A stretch of DNA of 64,000 nucleotides from Nitrospirota bacterium. GTDB taxonomy: Bacteria; Nitrospirota; UBA9217. Shown in pieces: positions 19,840-31,911 of the stretch. Location of the stretch: positions 576,001-640,000 of the forward strand of contig CAWJQQ010000009.1 in the NCBI GenBank assembly GCA_963845065.1. Direction: 5' to 3'. The notes beneath the pieces were generated by a model. The model ran no database searches, had not been told where the DNA came from, and saw nothing but the letters and a program-made list of their open reading frames with translations. How positions within the stretch are numbered: the first letter of the stretch is position 1; each line of letters opens with the position of its first letter. The translations under genes were made by a program, and so were the position numbers.

Positions 19840-20151
19840 CTATCCTCTCATTGTGTTCAAAGCATCTGCATCCAGAGTCTTGAAACTGTGATGAAGCTGA
19901 AGCACAAGCGCAAGCCCGACTGACACCTCTGCTGCGGCCATGGTCAGAATAAAAATAAACATCACCTGGCCGTCGACCTGCCCCCATCGTGCGCCGGCGA
20001 CAACGAAAGCAAGGCCAACTGCATTCAGCATTACCTCAACGGACATAAGCATGAATACGATGTTTCTTCGAACGAGAACGCCGATCAAGCCGAGTACAAA
20101 GAGGACCGCACTCAGGATGAGGCCGTGCTCCATGGGGATATTTACAATCAT
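19840..20151 (-). CDS. nuoK: NADH-quinone oxidoreductase subunit K
   Basis: [29 protein letters not shown] before ATG 20151. Confidence 0.93.
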   Translation of the reverse strand: MIVNIPMEHGLILSAVLFVLGLIGVLVRRNIVFMLMSVEVMLNAVGLAFVVAGARWGQVDGQVMFIFILTMAAAEVSVGLALVLQLHHSFKTLDADALNTMRG

Positions 20152-20180
20152 GGGTACTCCTTCAATGCCACGTGGCAATG

Positions 20181-20675
20181 TCAATGTTTATGTGGCCTGC
20201 CGAGGTGATAAGCTCCGATGAGTCCTGCTAGAAGCAGCATTGATGCCAGCTCAACACCGAGGACATAAGGACCGAAGAGAGCAATGCCAACTTGTTTTGG
20301 CCCGATGAGGCTAGGCGTATAAAGCCTTATACGATCTGTCGTAAATATATAGATGAGCTCCGCAGCTAGTATTGCGATCAGGACAGATGGTCCTATCCAC
20401 ATTCCCGGATTAAGCCACTGAGATTCCTGTTTTGCCGCTTGCGTGCCGAGGTTTAGCATCATGATTACGAATACAAAAAGCACCATTATTGCTCCAGCGT
20501 AGATGATCACTTCAAGCGCGGAAACAAAAGGTGCACCCAATGAAAAGAAAATAAGTGATACCGCCAGCAAGGAAACAATCAGGTACAAGAGCGCATGCAC
20601 CGTGCTTTTCCTGGTAATGACCATGAAGGTCGAGACTACAGCAACGATGGCTGCTATGTAGAATAGAAGATCCAT
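20181..20675 (-). CDS. nuoJ: NADH-quinone oxidoreductase subunit J
   Basis: [23 protein letters not shown]. Confidence 0.93.
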   Translation of the reverse strand: MDLLFYIAAIVAVVSTFMVITRKSTVHALLYLIVSLLAVSLIFFSLGAPFVSALEVIIYAGAIMVLFVFVIMMLNLGTQAAKQESQWLNPGMWIGPSVLIAILAAELIYIFTTDRIRLYTPSLIGPKQVGIALFGPYVLGVELASMLLLAGLIGAYHLGRPHKH

Positions 20676-20776
20676 AAATCCTTTTCTGTTACAGGGGCTC
20701 AGAAACACTGCGGGTGAAAATCGAAAGTCTGGGTCAAGACATTTGTCAGCGTCTCAGTATCTCCGTGGTGGACTTT

Positions 20777-21292
20777 CTACGGCATCAGGTTTTTTACATC
20801 AATTGGTTTCTCTTCATTTTCCGCCTCGCCCTTATCCTTTCCCTTAATAGAAAGTCCGGCGACACGATAGAAGTTGTACTCATGGTATTTACCCGGTCCA
20901 CTTATAAGCAGGTCTTCCTTTTCATAGATCAGATTTTGCCTTTTGTACTCTCCCATCTCGAAATCAGTGGTGAGCTGGATCGCGTAGGTCGGGCAGGCTT
21001 CTTCGCAGTACCCGCAGAATATGCAACGCGAGAAGTTAATCCGAAAAAACTCCGGGTACCTTCTGCCGTGCTCGTCCTCCGTAGACTGAAGCGAGATGCA
21101 GTCAACCGGGCAGGCCACAGCACAGAGGTAGCACGCCACACAGCGCTCTTCTCCGTCAGGATCACGCGAGAGGATGATCCGTCCACGCCAGCGGGGAGGG
21201 ATGTAGGGTCTTTCCTCAGGATAGAGGATCGTTACCCGTTTGCGGAACATGGTAACGAAGACCGTCCAGATTGTTTTGAGTAAACTGAACAT
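20777..21292 (-). CDS. nuoI: NADH-quinone oxidoreductase subunit I
   Basis: Two CxxCxxCxxxCP ferredoxin motifs. Confidence 0.95.
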   Translation of the reverse strand: MFSLLKTIWTVFVTMFRKRVTILYPEERPYIPPRWRGRIILSRDPDGEERCVACYLCAVACPVDCISLQSTEDEHGRRYPEFFRINFSRCIFCGYCEEACPTYAIQLTTDFEMGEYKRQNLIYEKEDLLISGPGKYHEYNFYRVAGLSIKGKDKGEAENEEKPIDVKNLMP

Positions 21293-21396
21293 TTAGCCTC
21301 TTTTTTGACGCTGAAGAAGCGAATATAAGTTGTGATTTTCACGGACAATGATGTTTTCATCCGCTCTTATCATCGCCTTTTCAGGCCAATCCTAGT

Positions 21397-22353
21397 CTAA
21401 GATTTTCTTAATAAAATAACCGCCCCTGTAACAAGCAAATTTGCCAGTGAAAGCGGCAGCATAACCTTCCATCCGAACGTCATAAGCTGGTCATACCGCG
21501 GCCGGGGTAGCGATGCCCGGAGCAGAATGAAGAAGCTTATAAAAATGAATGTTTTAATCAGGAACCACGCGAGCGGAGGCAGTACCGGGCCCATCCACCC
21601 GCCGAAGAACAGCGTTACGGTCAAGGCCGATATGAGCGCGATGCCGAGATACTCTCCCACGAAGAACATGCCAAACTTCATTCCCGAGTACTCCGAGTGG
21701 TAACCGGCCACTAGCTCGCTTTCCGCCTCAGGAAGATCGAAGGGAAGGCGATGCGTTTCCGCAATGCCGGCTATAAAAAAAATTACAAAACCGACAAATT
21801 GCGGTATTACGAACCACATATTTCGCTGTGCTTCGACAATCTCTCGCAAATTGAAAGAGCCGGCAAGCATAACGACGCCCATAAGCGATAGCCCCATGAA
21901 AACTTCGTAAGAGAGCATTTGCGCCGATGCCCGGAGACCGCCGAGGAGAGAATACTTGCTGCTCGATGCCCATCCTGCCAAAGCTACGCTATAAACTCCG
22001 AGGGACGACATGGCTAGGAAGAGCAGCAGTCCAATGTTCAGGTCAACGACCTCGATACCCGGTGCAAAAGGAATGATGGTGTACGACATCAGTACAACCA
22101 CGACGATTACTGCCGGAGCGATGATGAACACGGCCTTGTCGGCAAAGGGCGGGATCCAATCCTCCTTGGTAATAACTTTAACCATGTCAGCCAAGACCTG
22201 CAGAAGGCCAAACGGTCCCACGCGGTTCGGTCCGTAACGGTCCTGCCACAGACCGAGCAACCTGCGCTCGAGCCAGATTAGCATTCCGCCGATTGTCAGT
22301 ACGACGAAAAGAATGCCGAAGAGAATAATGAGTTGTACTATGAACGGTGACAT
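21397..22353 (-). CDS. nuoH: NADH-quinone oxidoreductase subunit H
   Basis: [32 protein letters not shown]. Confidence 0.95.
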   Translation of the reverse strand: MSPFIVQLIILFGILFVVLTIGGMLIWLERRLLGLWQDRYGPNRVGPFGLLQVLADMVKVITKEDWIPPFADKAVFIIAPAVIVVVVLMSYTIIPFAPGIEVVDLNIGLLLFLAMSSLGVYSVALAGWASSSKYSLLGGLRASAQMLSYEVFMGLSLMGVVMLAGSFNLREIVEAQRNMWFVIPQFVGFVIFFIAGIAETHRLPFDLPEAESELVAGYHSEYSGMKFGMFFVGEYLGIALISALTVTLFFGGWMGPVLPPLAWFLIKTFIFISFFILLRASLPRPRYDQLMTFGWKVMLPLSLANLLVTGAVILLRKS

Positions 22354-22357
22354 ACGA

Positions 22358-25066
22358 TCATACCTTAACGATTTTACAATATGTTAAATTGATGCCTGAA
22401 AAAACGGGAAGGCTTGTGTAGAGTCCTGCAGTGCCTTCGGCGATTTCCGGTTTGATTTTTACTTCGAACCTATGTTTATCTTCGGCGATCGATAATTCTA
22501 TCATCTCACCATCCGAAACATTCAGTCGAGTGGAATCGGCAGAATTTAGTGCGACGAAGGGTTTTTCCGCTCGCTCGGCAATGCCAGGAGATAAAATGCT
22601 CAATTCTTCAGAGCCAAAAATATCGTAGAGTGGGACCATGAGCCACTCACCTTTTTTCGGAGTAAAAATATTGGGGATTTTCAAATAATAGGATGTAACC
22701 TCCTCGATTGACGGTTCTATTAATCGTTTTCCCGGGTCTCCGCCGTGGAGGATACCGCCGACCTCCTGTTGGAACTTGTTCAGCGCTTGGACTGAATTCC
22801 ACCCAGGTGACCAGTAACGGGAGATGAGCGGTGCAGGAGGCTGGCTTTCGTAGCCTTCCATCGAGAAGGACAGGGGTGTATCCGGATCATCGGGCGGCTT
22901 GGGTTCATGTACAGTGATGTTTGCAAGCATGGCTGTCCTGCCGCTGTAGCGGTGCGGCTGGCGGGGAATCTTCTGACCCGCTATTCTAAAATCAGCGGTT
23001 GGTGCAATGTCCTGAAGTGGCTTGAGGATAGGTAGTGCTGATAACATCCCCTGAGTAATATCATCGAGATTATCCCATTGTACAGCACCGCCCTGACCTG
23101 ACGTATTGATTATATCACGAACCCATTTCCAGCTTTCCTGAATATCATGATTCGGCATGAATACCTGATAATGTCTCTGTACGCGGCCTTCATTGTTTAC
23201 GAGGGATCCATCGGATTCGGCAAAGGTCCCTGCCGGAAGAACAATATCCGCCTTTGATGAAGTAGCGTTGATCAGATGATCGAGGTCGATAATGTTTTTT
23301 GCTTTGCTCAGGAATTGATCGACTGCCTTCTGGTCTGCCCTGCGAAAAAGATCGTTTTCGAGAATGATGACCGTATCAGCCAGTTCGTCCCGGATGATTT
23401 TGAATGCATCATCCAGAGGCTTCCCGTTCATAAGTCCAAGACCGATGGTGTTGCATTCAGAAACTGCGAAGCAGAGTCCAGACGCTTTCCCGCCTTCGCA
23501 GAGTGCCCAAGCAATGTTTGTAGCTGCCTGGACTATTGCCTCGCTGCCAAGGCTTGTCCCTGAAATGATGAGAGGATTTTTCGCATTCTTAAGTGTTTGG
23601 GCCATTTCGCATGCCAATATGAGATCCCCATCGTGCAGATTTGGTACTGAGGGTGATCTCGGGTTCAACTCATGAGCAACAGCAAATCCGAGCCTGGAGA
23701 TAGTATCAGGGGCGGCATGGTAGGTTTTCGTCGCAATAGCATCCAGTTTCGTGCCGGACGCTGATGCAATAAAAAGTGGGCCGGTCTCATTCTGAGTTGC
23801 GTTCCGCACGGCATTGTCGTCCCAGGAAGGGATACGCATCGTATCCGTTTGCTCTTTAGGCTTGTTACGCACAGACTGGCGTAATGCCAAGTCGAGCAGG
23901 GGTGCTGTATTCGTAAGATCTTCACCCAGGACGAGCACCGCATCTGCCTGTTCAATATCGTGAAGTGATGGGGTGCGTGCAGGGCCTTTTTGAAGGATGT
24001 CGACTATAAGTGAAATAATTTTATGCTCTTTTGAGAGCATACCTGAGTAGAAGTAGTCAGGGCCAACGAGTGTTCGTAGCGCAAAGTTAGCTTCGAGCGA
24101 CGCGCGGGGTGATCCGATGCCGATTAGGCCATTGCTGTTGGAAAGGATGTTACCAATGTATTTAATGGCTGTTTCTTTTTCTATCGGTTTTTGCCCTGTT
24201 TGCCCGGATTCCCGAGAGAGGGGTTTTCTGATCCTGCGTCCGCTGTTCACAAATTCATACCCGAACCGTCCTCGGTCGCAGAGGAAGTAGCCGTTCACCT
24301 CATGATTGTAGCGATTTAGTATTCTGCGAAGCGTGCCATACCGCTCGCCAGGTATCGTATTGCAGCCGAGGCTGCAATGTACGCAGATCGATGGCGCGGT
24401 CTGGAGGTCCCACTTGCGTGTGTAGTGCTTCTTGAGCGTTTTGTCCGTGAATACTCCAGTGGGGCATATTTCGACGAGATTCCCGCTGAACTCGCTCTCG
24501 AGCATGCCATCTTCGTGCCTGCCGAAATACACGTGGTCGTGTGATGCAAAGACGTTGAGGTCTCGGCACCCGGCATAGTCCCGGTAGAACCTGACGCAGC
24601 GGTAACAAGCGATGCAGCGATTCATTTCGTGGTTAATGAAGGGGCCGAGGTCCTGGTTCCGGTGAGTGCGCTTTTTAAAGCGCGTTCTGCGGTAATTGTG
24701 GCCGGTCATGACCGTCACGTCCTGGAGGTGGCACTCGCCGCCTTCATCGCAGACAGGACAGTCATGGGGATGGTTGATCATGAGCCATTCGATAACGCTC
24801 GCACGGAAGGCTTTCGCATCAGGATCATCGATTGATATGCGCAGTCCCTCAGAAACAGGCGTCATACAAGACATGACTATCCTGCCGCGTGCATCCTTGT
24901 CGTCCTTAAACTGCTTGACTGCGCACTGGCGGCAGGCACCCACGGAATGCATGGCAGGATGCCAGCAGAAGTAGGGGAGGTTGAAACCAAGTGTCAGACA
25001 GGCCTGCAGGAGGTTCTGGCCTTCCTTTACTCGGTACGGTTTGTTGTCAATGAAAATGGTAAGCAT
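22358..25066 (-). CDS. nuoG: NADH-quinone oxidoreductase subunit G (long form with N7 motif)
   Basis: [39 protein letters not shown]...CDRGRF. Confidence 0.95.
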   Translation of the reverse strand: MLTIFIDNKPYRVKEGQNLLQACLTLGFNLPYFCWHPAMHSVGACRQCAVKQFKDDKDARGRIVMSCMTPVSEGLRISIDDPDAKAFRASVIEWLMINHPHDCPVCDEGGECHLQDVTVMTGHNYRRTRFKKRTHRNQDLGPFINHEMNRCIACYRCVRFYRDYAGCRDLNVFASHDHVYFGRHEDGMLESEFSGNLVEICPTGVFTDKTLKKHYTRKWDLQTAPSICVHCSLGCNTIPGERYGTLRRILNRYNHEVNGYFLCDRGRFGYEFVNSGRRIRKPLSRESGQTGQKPIEKETAIKYIGNILSNSNGLIGIGSPRASLEANFALRTLVGPDYFYSGMLSKEHKIISLIVDILQKGPARTPSLHDIEQADAVLVLGEDLTNTAPLLDLALRQSVRNKPKEQTDTMRIPSWDDNAVRNATQNETGPLFIASASGTKLDAIATKTYHAAPDTISRLGFAVAHELNPRSPSVPNLHDGDLILACEMAQTLKNAKNPLIISGTSLGSEAIVQAATNIAWALCEGGKASGLCFAVSECNTIGLGLMNGKPLDDAFKIIRDELADTVIILENDLFRRADQKAVDQFLSKAKNIIDLDHLINATSSKADIVLPAGTFAESDGSLVNNEGRVQRHYQVFMPNHDIQESWKWVRDIINTSGQGGAVQWDNLDDITQGMLSALPILKPLQDIAPTADFRIAGQKIPRQPHRYSGRTAMLANITVHEPKPPDDPDTPLSFSMEGYESQPPAPLISRYWSPGWNSVQALNKFQQEVGGILHGGDPGKRLIEPSIEEVTSYYLKIPNIFTPKKGEWLMVPLYDIFGSEELSILSPGIAERAEKPFVALNSADSTRLNVSDGEMIELSIAEDKHRFEVKIKPEIAEGTAGLYTSLPVFSGINLTYCKIVKV

Positions 25067-25125
25067 AAAAAACCTTTGTCAGCATAGATGGCGATGAATT
25101 GAGGAAAACTAATTTGTAAATCCAG

Positions 25126-26421
25126 TCACTTTTGCTGTCCTGTCTGCATATTAATCCAGGGACATTTTTTCTCCCGTATATGTTTCTCAAAATCTTCACG
25201 GAAATACATTATTGCACTTTGAAGCGGCTCTACGGCACCGGGTGCAAAGGCGCAGTATGTGTTGCCCGGGCCGAGCAGTTTACAATGTTGTGCGAGAATG
25301 TCGATATCACCAGGCTGGCCGGTGCCTTCTTCGATTGATCTAAGGATTTTTTCGAGCCACGGTAATCCATCGCGGCATGGAGTGCACCAGCCGCAGGATT
25401 CACGAGCAAAAAATTTAATGAGGCTGTGAACGAACCCGACTGGACAAGTCTTATCGTCGAGTACGATCATGGTTCCGGTGCCTAGTCGGCTGCCCGCTTT
25501 CATCACTGAATCGAAATCCATTTTAATATCAAGATGATCTCTCACGAGGAAATCAGTGGATGCGCCGCCTGGTATCACGCCTCGGAAATCGTATCCGTCT
25601 TGCATGCCGCCTGCATATACTTCCAACAATTCCCGTACTGTTATGCCCATGGGAAGCTCCCAGATGGCAGGTTTTTTTACTCGTCCGCTCACACCATAAA
25701 GCTTGGTTCCAGCGTCAGGACTCTTGCTCAGACCTTTAAACCAGTTCGCACCGTTGTTTATGATATGCGGGATATTCGAGACCGTTTCAACATTGTTCAC
25801 GATCGTAGGGTTGCCGAAAAGCCCCGAAACCTGGGGGAAGGGCGGCTTCGCGCGGGGCGTAGCACGTCTGCCCTCAAGCGCGTTTAAGAGAGCTGTTTCC
25901 TCGCCGCAGATGTAGCGGCCGGCGCTTCCGTGGAGCCGTAGTTCAAGGTTGTAGCTTGATCCGAGTATGTTTTTCCCGAGATAGTTGTGTGCATACGCTT
26001 CTGTGATCGCCTGTTCAAGCATCCTGATTGCGTACTTATAAGCCCACCTGATGAAAATGTAAGCCTGTTCCGCATCAATTGCATAGGCACTCGCGATCAC
26101 TCCTTCGATGAGTTGGTGGGGATTGCCTTCCAGCAGCAACCGGTCCTTAAACGTACCAGGTTCCATCTCATCGGCATTAACGATAAAGTACTTGGGACGC
26201 CGGGCTTCGGGTCCCATTGGCACAAAGCTCCACTTGATGCCGGTAGGGAACCCGGCTCCGCCGCGACCACGGAGGGTCGACGCCTTGACGATATTCTGAA
26301 CGTCCTGTGGCGACATTGCGAGCGCTGCGCGCACGGACTGGTAGCCGCCTGCTTTCTCGTAATCCTTCAGTGAAAGAGGCTCATGGCCCGGGCGTATGTT
26401 TTTCGTGAGCGGTTGCTCCAT
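25126..26421 (-). CDS. nuoF: NADH-quinone oxidoreductase subunit F
   Basis: GRGGAGF, NADEMEPGTFKD, YICGEETAL, ESCGWCTPCR. Confidence 0.95.
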   Translation of the reverse strand: MEQPLTKNIRPGHEPLSLKDYEKAGGYQSVRAALAMSPQDVQNIVKASTLRGRGGAGFPTGIKWSFVPMGPEARRPKYFIVNADEMEPGTFKDRLLLEGNPHQLIEGVIASAYAIDAEQAYIFIRWAYKYAIRMLEQAITEAYAHNYLGKNILGSSYNLELRLHGSAGRYICGEETALLNALEGRRATPRAKPPFPQVSGLFGNPTIVNNVETVSNIPHIINNGANWFKGLSKSPDAGTKLYGVSGRVKKPAIWELPMGITVRELLEVYAGGMQDGYDFRGVIPGGASTDFLVRDHLDIKMDFDSVMKAGSRLGTGTMIVLDDKTCPVGFVHSLIKFFARESCGWCTPCRDGLPWLEKILRSIEEGTGQPGDIDILAQHCKLLGPGNTYCAFAPGAVEPLQSAIMYFREDFEKHIREKKCPWINMQTGQQK

Positions 26422-26534
26422 GTTATTTATACCTTTGACATGAGGAAAATGGACAAGGGCTATGATTTACACTGTTCAGAAATGACCACTGTTCCGCCTC
26501 TCATGGGTGTTTATCCGTACAGATCCTTCGCAAA

Positions 26535-26999
26535 TTATTCATATTTATTTAATATATCGTCCATAGATTCCGCTGTTACCGGACCATACAAATCATCATC
26601 CATCATCACAGCAGGCGCACGGTCGCAAGCGCCAAGGCAGGAAATCGGCAGCAAAGTGAATCGTTTGTCGGGAGTTGTTTCGCCGAAGGTGATGTCGAGT
26701 TTTCTTTTTAAGATATCAAGAAGGGGATTATAGCCAATGACCCAGCACGAGATACTGTCGCAAATGAGGATAATATGCCGCCCTACAGGGCGCCGGAAAA
26801 TGAAGCTGTAAAACGTTGCCACGGCGTCCAGTTCATCTGTCATCATGTCGAGCACAGCGGCAACGTCTTTGACTGCCTCGTCGGATACCCATCCACGGTT
26901 TCGTTGTATGATATTCAGCGCCTCAACGGAAGCGGAGGTTTTTGACGCGGCATGGGCTAACTTGATGTTGATTTCTTTTATTTCTTTTTCGCTTAACAA
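26535..26999 (-). CDS. nuoE: NADH-quinone oxidoreductase subunit E
   Basis: VATFY, CDSISC, CLGACDRAP; TTG start. Confidence 0.93.
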   Translation of the reverse strand: MLSEKEIKEINIKLAHAASKTSASVEALNIIQRNRGWVSDEAVKDVAAVLDMMTDELDAVATFYSFIFRRPVGRHIILICDSISCWVIGYNPLLDILKRKLDITFGETTPDKRFTLLPISCLGACDRAPAVMMDDDLYGPVTAESMDDILNKYE

Positions 27000-27093
27000 A
27001 AGAACCTCAATAAGGTGCTAGGAAGTCACCAAAATTCAAAGAATCTATTCCCTAGAGAATTTAAACCTCGCGCCTTTGTGACAGGTTTTCGGT

Positions 27094-28842
27094 TTACCTG
27101 TCTAAATCCGCCAGAATGAAATCAATGCTTCCTATGATCGCTAAAAGATCGGCGATCATGAGTCCCCGTGATATCTGCGGTACCATCTGGAGGTGAGGGA
27201 ACGAAGGGGTCCGGATGCGGGTCCGGTACGACACCGTGCTTCCGTCACTCACGAGATAATACCCGTTGTTTCCTTTTGTCGCTTCAATCCCCATGAACGC
27301 TTCGCCTGCAGGGATCACCGGACCCCAACTGACACTCAGAAAATGGTTGATTAGCGTCTCGATGTCGTACATGGTTCGCTCTTTTCGCGGCGGCGTTGCG
27401 AGCGGATGGTCTGATTTGTACTTGCCTTCTGGCATGTTGTTCACGCACTGCTCTATGATGCGCAGGCTCTGGCGGATCTCTTCTACTCGGACCACTCCGC
27501 GGTCGTAACAGTCACCATGAACAGCAATCGGGATGTCAAATTCGAAATTATCGTAACCCGAGTAAGGGCGTTTTTTCCGAAAATCCCACTCATAGCCGCA
27601 GGCGCGCAGACCCGGGCCGGTCACACCCCATTCGATGGCTTCATCTAGCCCGTATTTACCGACACCGACAGTCCGTGCTTTGAATATCCGGTTCTGCATC
27701 ACGATGGAATCATATTGTTTAAGCCGGGAGGGGAGGTATTTTAAGAAATTTCTCACGAGACAATCCCATCCCTTAGGCAGATCCTGTGCCACGCCTCCAA
27801 TCCTGAACCATTCGGGATGCATGCGCCCACCACAGATTGCTTCGATTATGTCAAAAATGCGCTCTCGGTCAGTGAACATATAGAAGACAGGGGAGAGTGC
27901 ACCTACGTCCTGGGCAAACGTGCCATACCAGACAAGGTGGCTCGCGATGCGGAAGAGTTCTGCCAGCATCACGCGGATGATTTTTGCCCTATCCGGAACA
28001 TCGATGCCAGCAAGCTTCTCGACAGCAAGAACATAGGCGAAGTTGTTCATGGCACCGCCCATATAATCGATGCGGTCAGTGTAGGGGATGTAAGTATGCC
28101 AGGACTGGCGTTCTGCCATCTTTTCAGCACCGCGATGATGATACCCGATATCGAGTACGGCATCCTTGATTGTTTCACCGTCGAGCTGGAGGATGAATCG
28201 GATTAGGCCGTGCGTGCCGGGATGTTGGGGGCCGAGGTTCAGGAACATAAAGTCCGTATCCTCGGTCTCGCGTTGCATGCCCCAGTCTTCAGGATTGAAC
28301 TGGAGTGCCAGCTGTTCAGACTCTTCCTTTTCATCGGGAAGCCGAAAGGGACCCATTTCAGTTGCACGAGCGGGATGATCTTTCCTGAGGGGATGCCCTT
28401 TCCAGGTCGGCGGCATCAATATCCTCTTAAGGTGGGGGTGGCCATCAAATCGGATTCCGAACATGTCCCAGACTTCGCGCTCATACCAATTCGCTGATTG
28501 CCAGAGACCCGTGATAGTGGGGAGCGATGGTGAATCGCCTTTGAGTGGGACCTTTATTCTGATATCATCGTTGCGTTCATAAGATAGAAGATGGTAAACA
28601 ACCGTTAAGTCACTTTCAGGCTGATCCGGCCTATGGTTCCGAACGCGTTCGTCGATAGCTGTGAGATCGTAGAGCGTTTTATAAGGGTTATTAACGGTAC
28701 TCTTGAGGTGACGTAGCACGTCCTGCGCCCGTTCTGGGGAAACCCAGAGAGTAGGAATATTATCTCGGGTAGGCTGGATAGTGAGAATCGCTTCGCCGAA
28801 GGTGTTTTTTACATCGTCGATTATTGAGTTATCTACAGTCAT
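27094..28842 (-). CDS. nuoCD: Fused NADH-quinone oxidoreductase subunit C/D
   Basis: [11 protein letters not shown] and GHPLRKD (C part) followed by [11 protein letters not shown]...DLDR (D part). Confidence 0.95.
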   Translation of the reverse strand: MTVDNSIIDDVKNTFGEAILTIQPTRDNIPTLWVSPERAQDVLRHLKSTVNNPYKTLYDLTAIDERVRNHRPDQPESDLTVVYHLLSYERNDDIRIKVPLKGDSPSLPTITGLWQSANWYEREVWDMFGIRFDGHPHLKRILMPPTWKGHPLRKDHPARATEMGPFRLPDEKEESEQLALQFNPEDWGMQRETEDTDFMFLNLGPQHPGTHGLIRFILQLDGETIKDAVLDIGYHHRGAEKMAERQSWHTYIPYTDRIDYMGGAMNNFAYVLAVEKLAGIDVPDRAKIIRVMLAELFRIASHLVWYGTFAQDVGALSPVFYMFTDRERIFDIIEAICGGRMHPEWFRIGGVAQDLPKGWDCLVRNFLKYLPSRLKQYDSIVMQNRIFKARTVGVGKYGLDEAIEWGVTGPGLRACGYEWDFRKKRPYSGYDNFEFDIPIAVHGDCYDRGVVRVEEIRQSLRIIEQCVNNMPEGKYKSDHPLATPPRKERTMYDIETLINHFLSVSWGPVIPAGEAFMGIEATKGNNGYYLVSDGSTVSYRTRIRTPSFPHLQMVPQISRGLMIADLLAIIGSIDFILADLDR

Positions 28843-28978
28843 AAAAGTGTATGCGTTATGCCACAGAAACTACGGCGTAGATATGAAAAATAAGAAACGT
28901 TTTACTGATAAGATGTCTAATGTTCTTCTGGCCTTCGTTTTTTTTATTCTCTGTTCTCTTGGTGGCTACAAGGTTTGT

Positions 28979-29593
28979 TCAAACTTCATCCGGCGGCCGA
29001 AGGATCGTGGCCTTGCTGCGCTCTTCGCGCTTCAGGTCGCGCATGCACGGAACTTCAGGTCGTACAACGTTCTGGGAACCGGCGACCCAACTTATCGGAC
29101 GGCGTTCTTTGCCGACTTTGTCTCGGAGCATGAGGAGTCCTTCCATGAAGGCATCGGGTCGGGGAGGGCATCCAGGCACGTACACGTCTACAGGAAGGAA
29201 TTTATCTACTCCCTGGACCACGCTATAGATATCGTACATACCGCCGGAGTTCGCGCAGGAGCCCATAGAGATGACCCAACGTGGTGCCATCATCTGCTCA
29301 TAGAGACGTTTGATTACCGGCGCCATTTTGATGAACACCGTGCCGGCAATAATCATCATGTCAGCTTCGCGCGGGGTACCGCGCATCACTTCGGCACCGA
29401 ATCGCGCGATGTCATACTTGCTTGTTAGGCTCGTTGCCATTTCGACGTAGCAACACGAGAGGCCGAAGTTGAAAGGCCAGATTGAATTCTTCCGTCCCCA
29501 GGCTAACATGTCCTGGAGACGGGCGAGGAACAGGCTTTCACGAACGGCGTCTTCTACGGAATCGTGTTCTGGTTTAGTAAAAGAATAGTTCAT
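28979..29593 (-). CDS. nuoB: NADH-quinone oxidoreductase subunit B
   Basis: [25 protein letters not shown]. Confidence 0.95.
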   Translation of the reverse strand: MNYSFTKPEHDSVEDAVRESLFLARLQDMLAWGRKNSIWPFNFGLSCCYVEMATSLTSKYDIARFGAEVMRGTPREADMMIIAGTVFIKMAPVIKRLYEQMMAPRWVISMGSCANSGGMYDIYSVVQGVDKFLPVDVYVPGCPPRPDAFMEGLLMLRDKVGKERRPISWVAGSQNVVRPEVPCMRDLKREERSKATILRPPDEV

Positions 29594-29669
29594 AGTTTTG
29601 AGTTCGGAGAGAAATACTTCTCAGTTCGTGGTCCAAAGTATAAACAGTTTCGCGCCGCATAAAGAGGAA

Positions 29670-30089
29670 TCACTTTGGACTTTGGGCATTGAGCTTTGAA
29701 CTGGTTTTTATGAACGCTCCCCATTCCAGCGCGCCGAGCTTCCATATATATACTAGCGCAGCTGTCAGAATACTGATGAAGATCAACATCTCAACGTAGC
29801 CCAACCAGCCGGTCTCGCGAACAGTTACGGCCCAAGCAAAAATAAATACCGCCTCAAGATCGAAGATAACAAAGAACATGGCTATGAGATAGAATTTGAT
29901 ATCAAAACGGACGCGCGCGGTGCCGGTGGATGCGATTCCGGACTCATAGGGTTCGTTGGTCTGGTTTTCTCGGTGGCGCTCGCCGAGAACGTAAGAGAGC
30001 GCGATCATGGATATGACGATGATTACGACGGCGGCGAAGTATACTCCAAGCGGCCAGAGAGCGGTTGCGGTGGCAATTTGCCCGGTCAT
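29670..30089 (-). CDS. nuoA: NADH-quinone oxidoreductase subunit A
   Basis: PYESG, FYLIAMFFVIFDLE, GALEW. Confidence 0.95.
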   Translation of the reverse strand: MTGQIATATALWPLGVYFAAVVIIVISMIALSYVLGERHRENQTNEPYESGIASTGTARVRFDIKFYLIAMFFVIFDLEAVFIFAWAVTVRETGWLGYVEMLIFISILTAALVYIWKLGALEWGAFIKTSSKLNAQSPK

Positions 30090-30095
30090 ATTAAA

Positions 30096-30123
30096 AGAAT
30101 ATCACAGGGGGGATGAAAGTCAA
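30096..30123 (-). promoter_or_regulatory. nuo operon promoter, leaderless geometry
   Basis: Minus strand TTGACT-16 bp-(TG-A)TATTCT-6 nt-ATG; no SD. Confidence 0.6.
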
Positions 30124-30238
30124 GCTTAGACCAGCAATACAGCCGATTAAGGAGTATGCTGTAAATTAGGAGAGGAGCATAAATGATCGAAATGCAGGTT
30201 GCTATCCATCATGAATATAATACAGCGGCTACTTAAGC

Positions 30239-30267
30239 AAAAAGGGCGGGGCATCACTGCCCCGCCT
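30239..30267 (-). terminator. Intrinsic terminator after the Hao-like gene
   Basis: GGCGGGGCA-GTGA-TGCCCCGCC then TTTTT on the minus strand. Confidence 0.8.
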
Positions 30268-30276
30268 GCTGATTTC

Positions 30277-31626
30277 TTATTTTGCTGTCGACCCACCATA
30301 CCGCTCGTTGTAGAACTTCTGGATATTCTGAAGTTCTTCCTTGCTGATGCCCTTTACGTACCAGGCGTGCCGCTCATTGGACTCGATATATTTCTTTGAC
30401 AGCTCGTTGTACAGCGCTGGACCCGCCGCTTCTTTCACCTCGGGCAGGAACTCCGTGTAGAAATTTTTGGCGACCTCGTAGATGCCGTGCCACCAGGCGT
30501 AATCTGGGCCCATCATGGCTGCACCATGACGCGCACGCCTGCCCTCATGGTGCCATAATTCAAAATAGGTCCATTCAAGTTTATTCGAGAAATCATTCGG
30601 CTTAAGTTTTCCCTTGTCGATGAGCTCTTGCCGTATCTGCGTCGCGGGAATGGCAAATTTATTGTTGTAGAAGTTCACAAAGTTGTCGAACTGCATGTAG
30701 AAGCTGTCCACAAAGGGGGCAGAATGGCAGCTGTTGCAGACATCCTTCATGTTGTCACGCCGCTTATCCGCGTTCTCCAGCTTCTTCGAGATCGGCGGCC
30801 TCAAGGTCCAGCTGATCCGGGCGCCTACATCATGCGTCACGGGCTGGTTCGGCGTGGCGCTCATGTGGCAGGTGGCACAGGTCGGCGCGGCGGTGTAATC
30901 CCTGCCCACAACCCACGAATCTTTGTGCATATTCATGCGATCCTTGTTGGCCTTATACAGGATGCCGTGCTTCGATTCTTCATAGACCTCGATCTGCGGA
31001 TGATCCGGTCCGAGATGGCATTTGCCGCAGGTCTGGGGCTCACGGGCCTGGGCCTTCGAGAAATTGTGCCTCGTATGACATGCTGTGCATGAGCCGCGAG
31101 ATCCGTCGGGATTAATTCTGCCTATCCCGGTGTTTGGCCAGGTGTTGGGGTCGAGCTTCCCGTTGGCGAGTACCTTGACTACTCCGCCGTGACACTGTCG
31201 GCACCCCACGGTGACAGCCTCGGGGCCACCGACGACTTCACCGAGGTAATTGTCCAGAGAATTCAGAACGTCCTGTGCTTTCGCATGATGGCTCTCGGTC
31301 ATCTCCTTTTCTTCCTTGGCATGGCATTTACCGCAATCTTTGGGTGTTACAAGGATCGCGATGGTAAATCCGTTATGCTCCATGGCATCGCTATCCGATT
31401 TCTCCGCTTTGTGGCATGTATAGCAGTCCACTCCTTTTTCGGCGTGTTTGCTCAATCTCCACTCTTGCACAAATGACGGCGATTGAGCCTCATGGCACGC
31501 AATGCAAGCCTCACCTTCTTTCGAAACCGTGATTTTTGCCACCTCTGCTTCTCCCAGCGCTGCATAAGAACAGAAACTGAAAAAGACTACTGCGAGCAAT
31601 GCATTGAACGGGCGTTTTTTTGTCAT
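30277..31626 (-). CDS. Periplasmic octaheme cytochrome c, hydroxylamine oxidoreductase-like (reductive epsilon-Hao type)
   Basis: Signal peptide, eight CxxCH motifs, CHLGPDHPQ, WHHEGRRARHGAAMMGPDYAWWHG. Confidence 0.85.
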   Translation of the reverse strand: MTKKRPFNALLAVVFFSFCSYAALGEAEVAKITVSKEGEACIACHEAQSPSFVQEWRLSKHAEKGVDCYTCHKAEKSDSDAMEHNGFTIAILVTPKDCGKCHAKEEKEMTESHHAKAQDVLNSLDNYLGEVVGGPEAVTVGCRQCHGGVVKVLANGKLDPNTWPNTGIGRINPDGSRGSCTACHTRHNFSKAQAREPQTCGKCHLGPDHPQIEVYEESKHGILYKANKDRMNMHKDSWVVGRDYTAAPTCATCHMSATPNQPVTHDVGARISWTLRPPISKKLENADKRRDNMKDVCNSCHSAPFVDSFYMQFDNFVNFYNNKFAIPATQIRQELIDKGKLKPNDFSNKLEWTYFELWHHEGRRARHGAAMMGPDYAWWHGIYEVAKNFYTEFLPEVKEAAGPALYNELSKKYIESNERHAWYVKGISKEELQNIQKFYNERYGGSTAK

Positions 31627-31911
31627 TCAATCCTCCATAGTGTTTGAGATTGTGATACTATGATTATATTGCTAAGCGACACCAGAGATCCCATAGCAAA
31701 CAAGCAGATCAAGTCCAACCATATGCAAAGCCAGCGCAGTGACAGGTACTCTTTTATTCTAGCAAAATTTTTTCTCAAAAAAGTCTGCAAAAAAAGTTAT
31801 TAATTATGGCCACTACCTATGCACTTTATGATTTTTGTTGTAATACTCTGTATGATGTCCATCATATTTGCCGTGAATGAAGTCGCATTGACGTACTGCT
31901 CTTTCGTTAGG

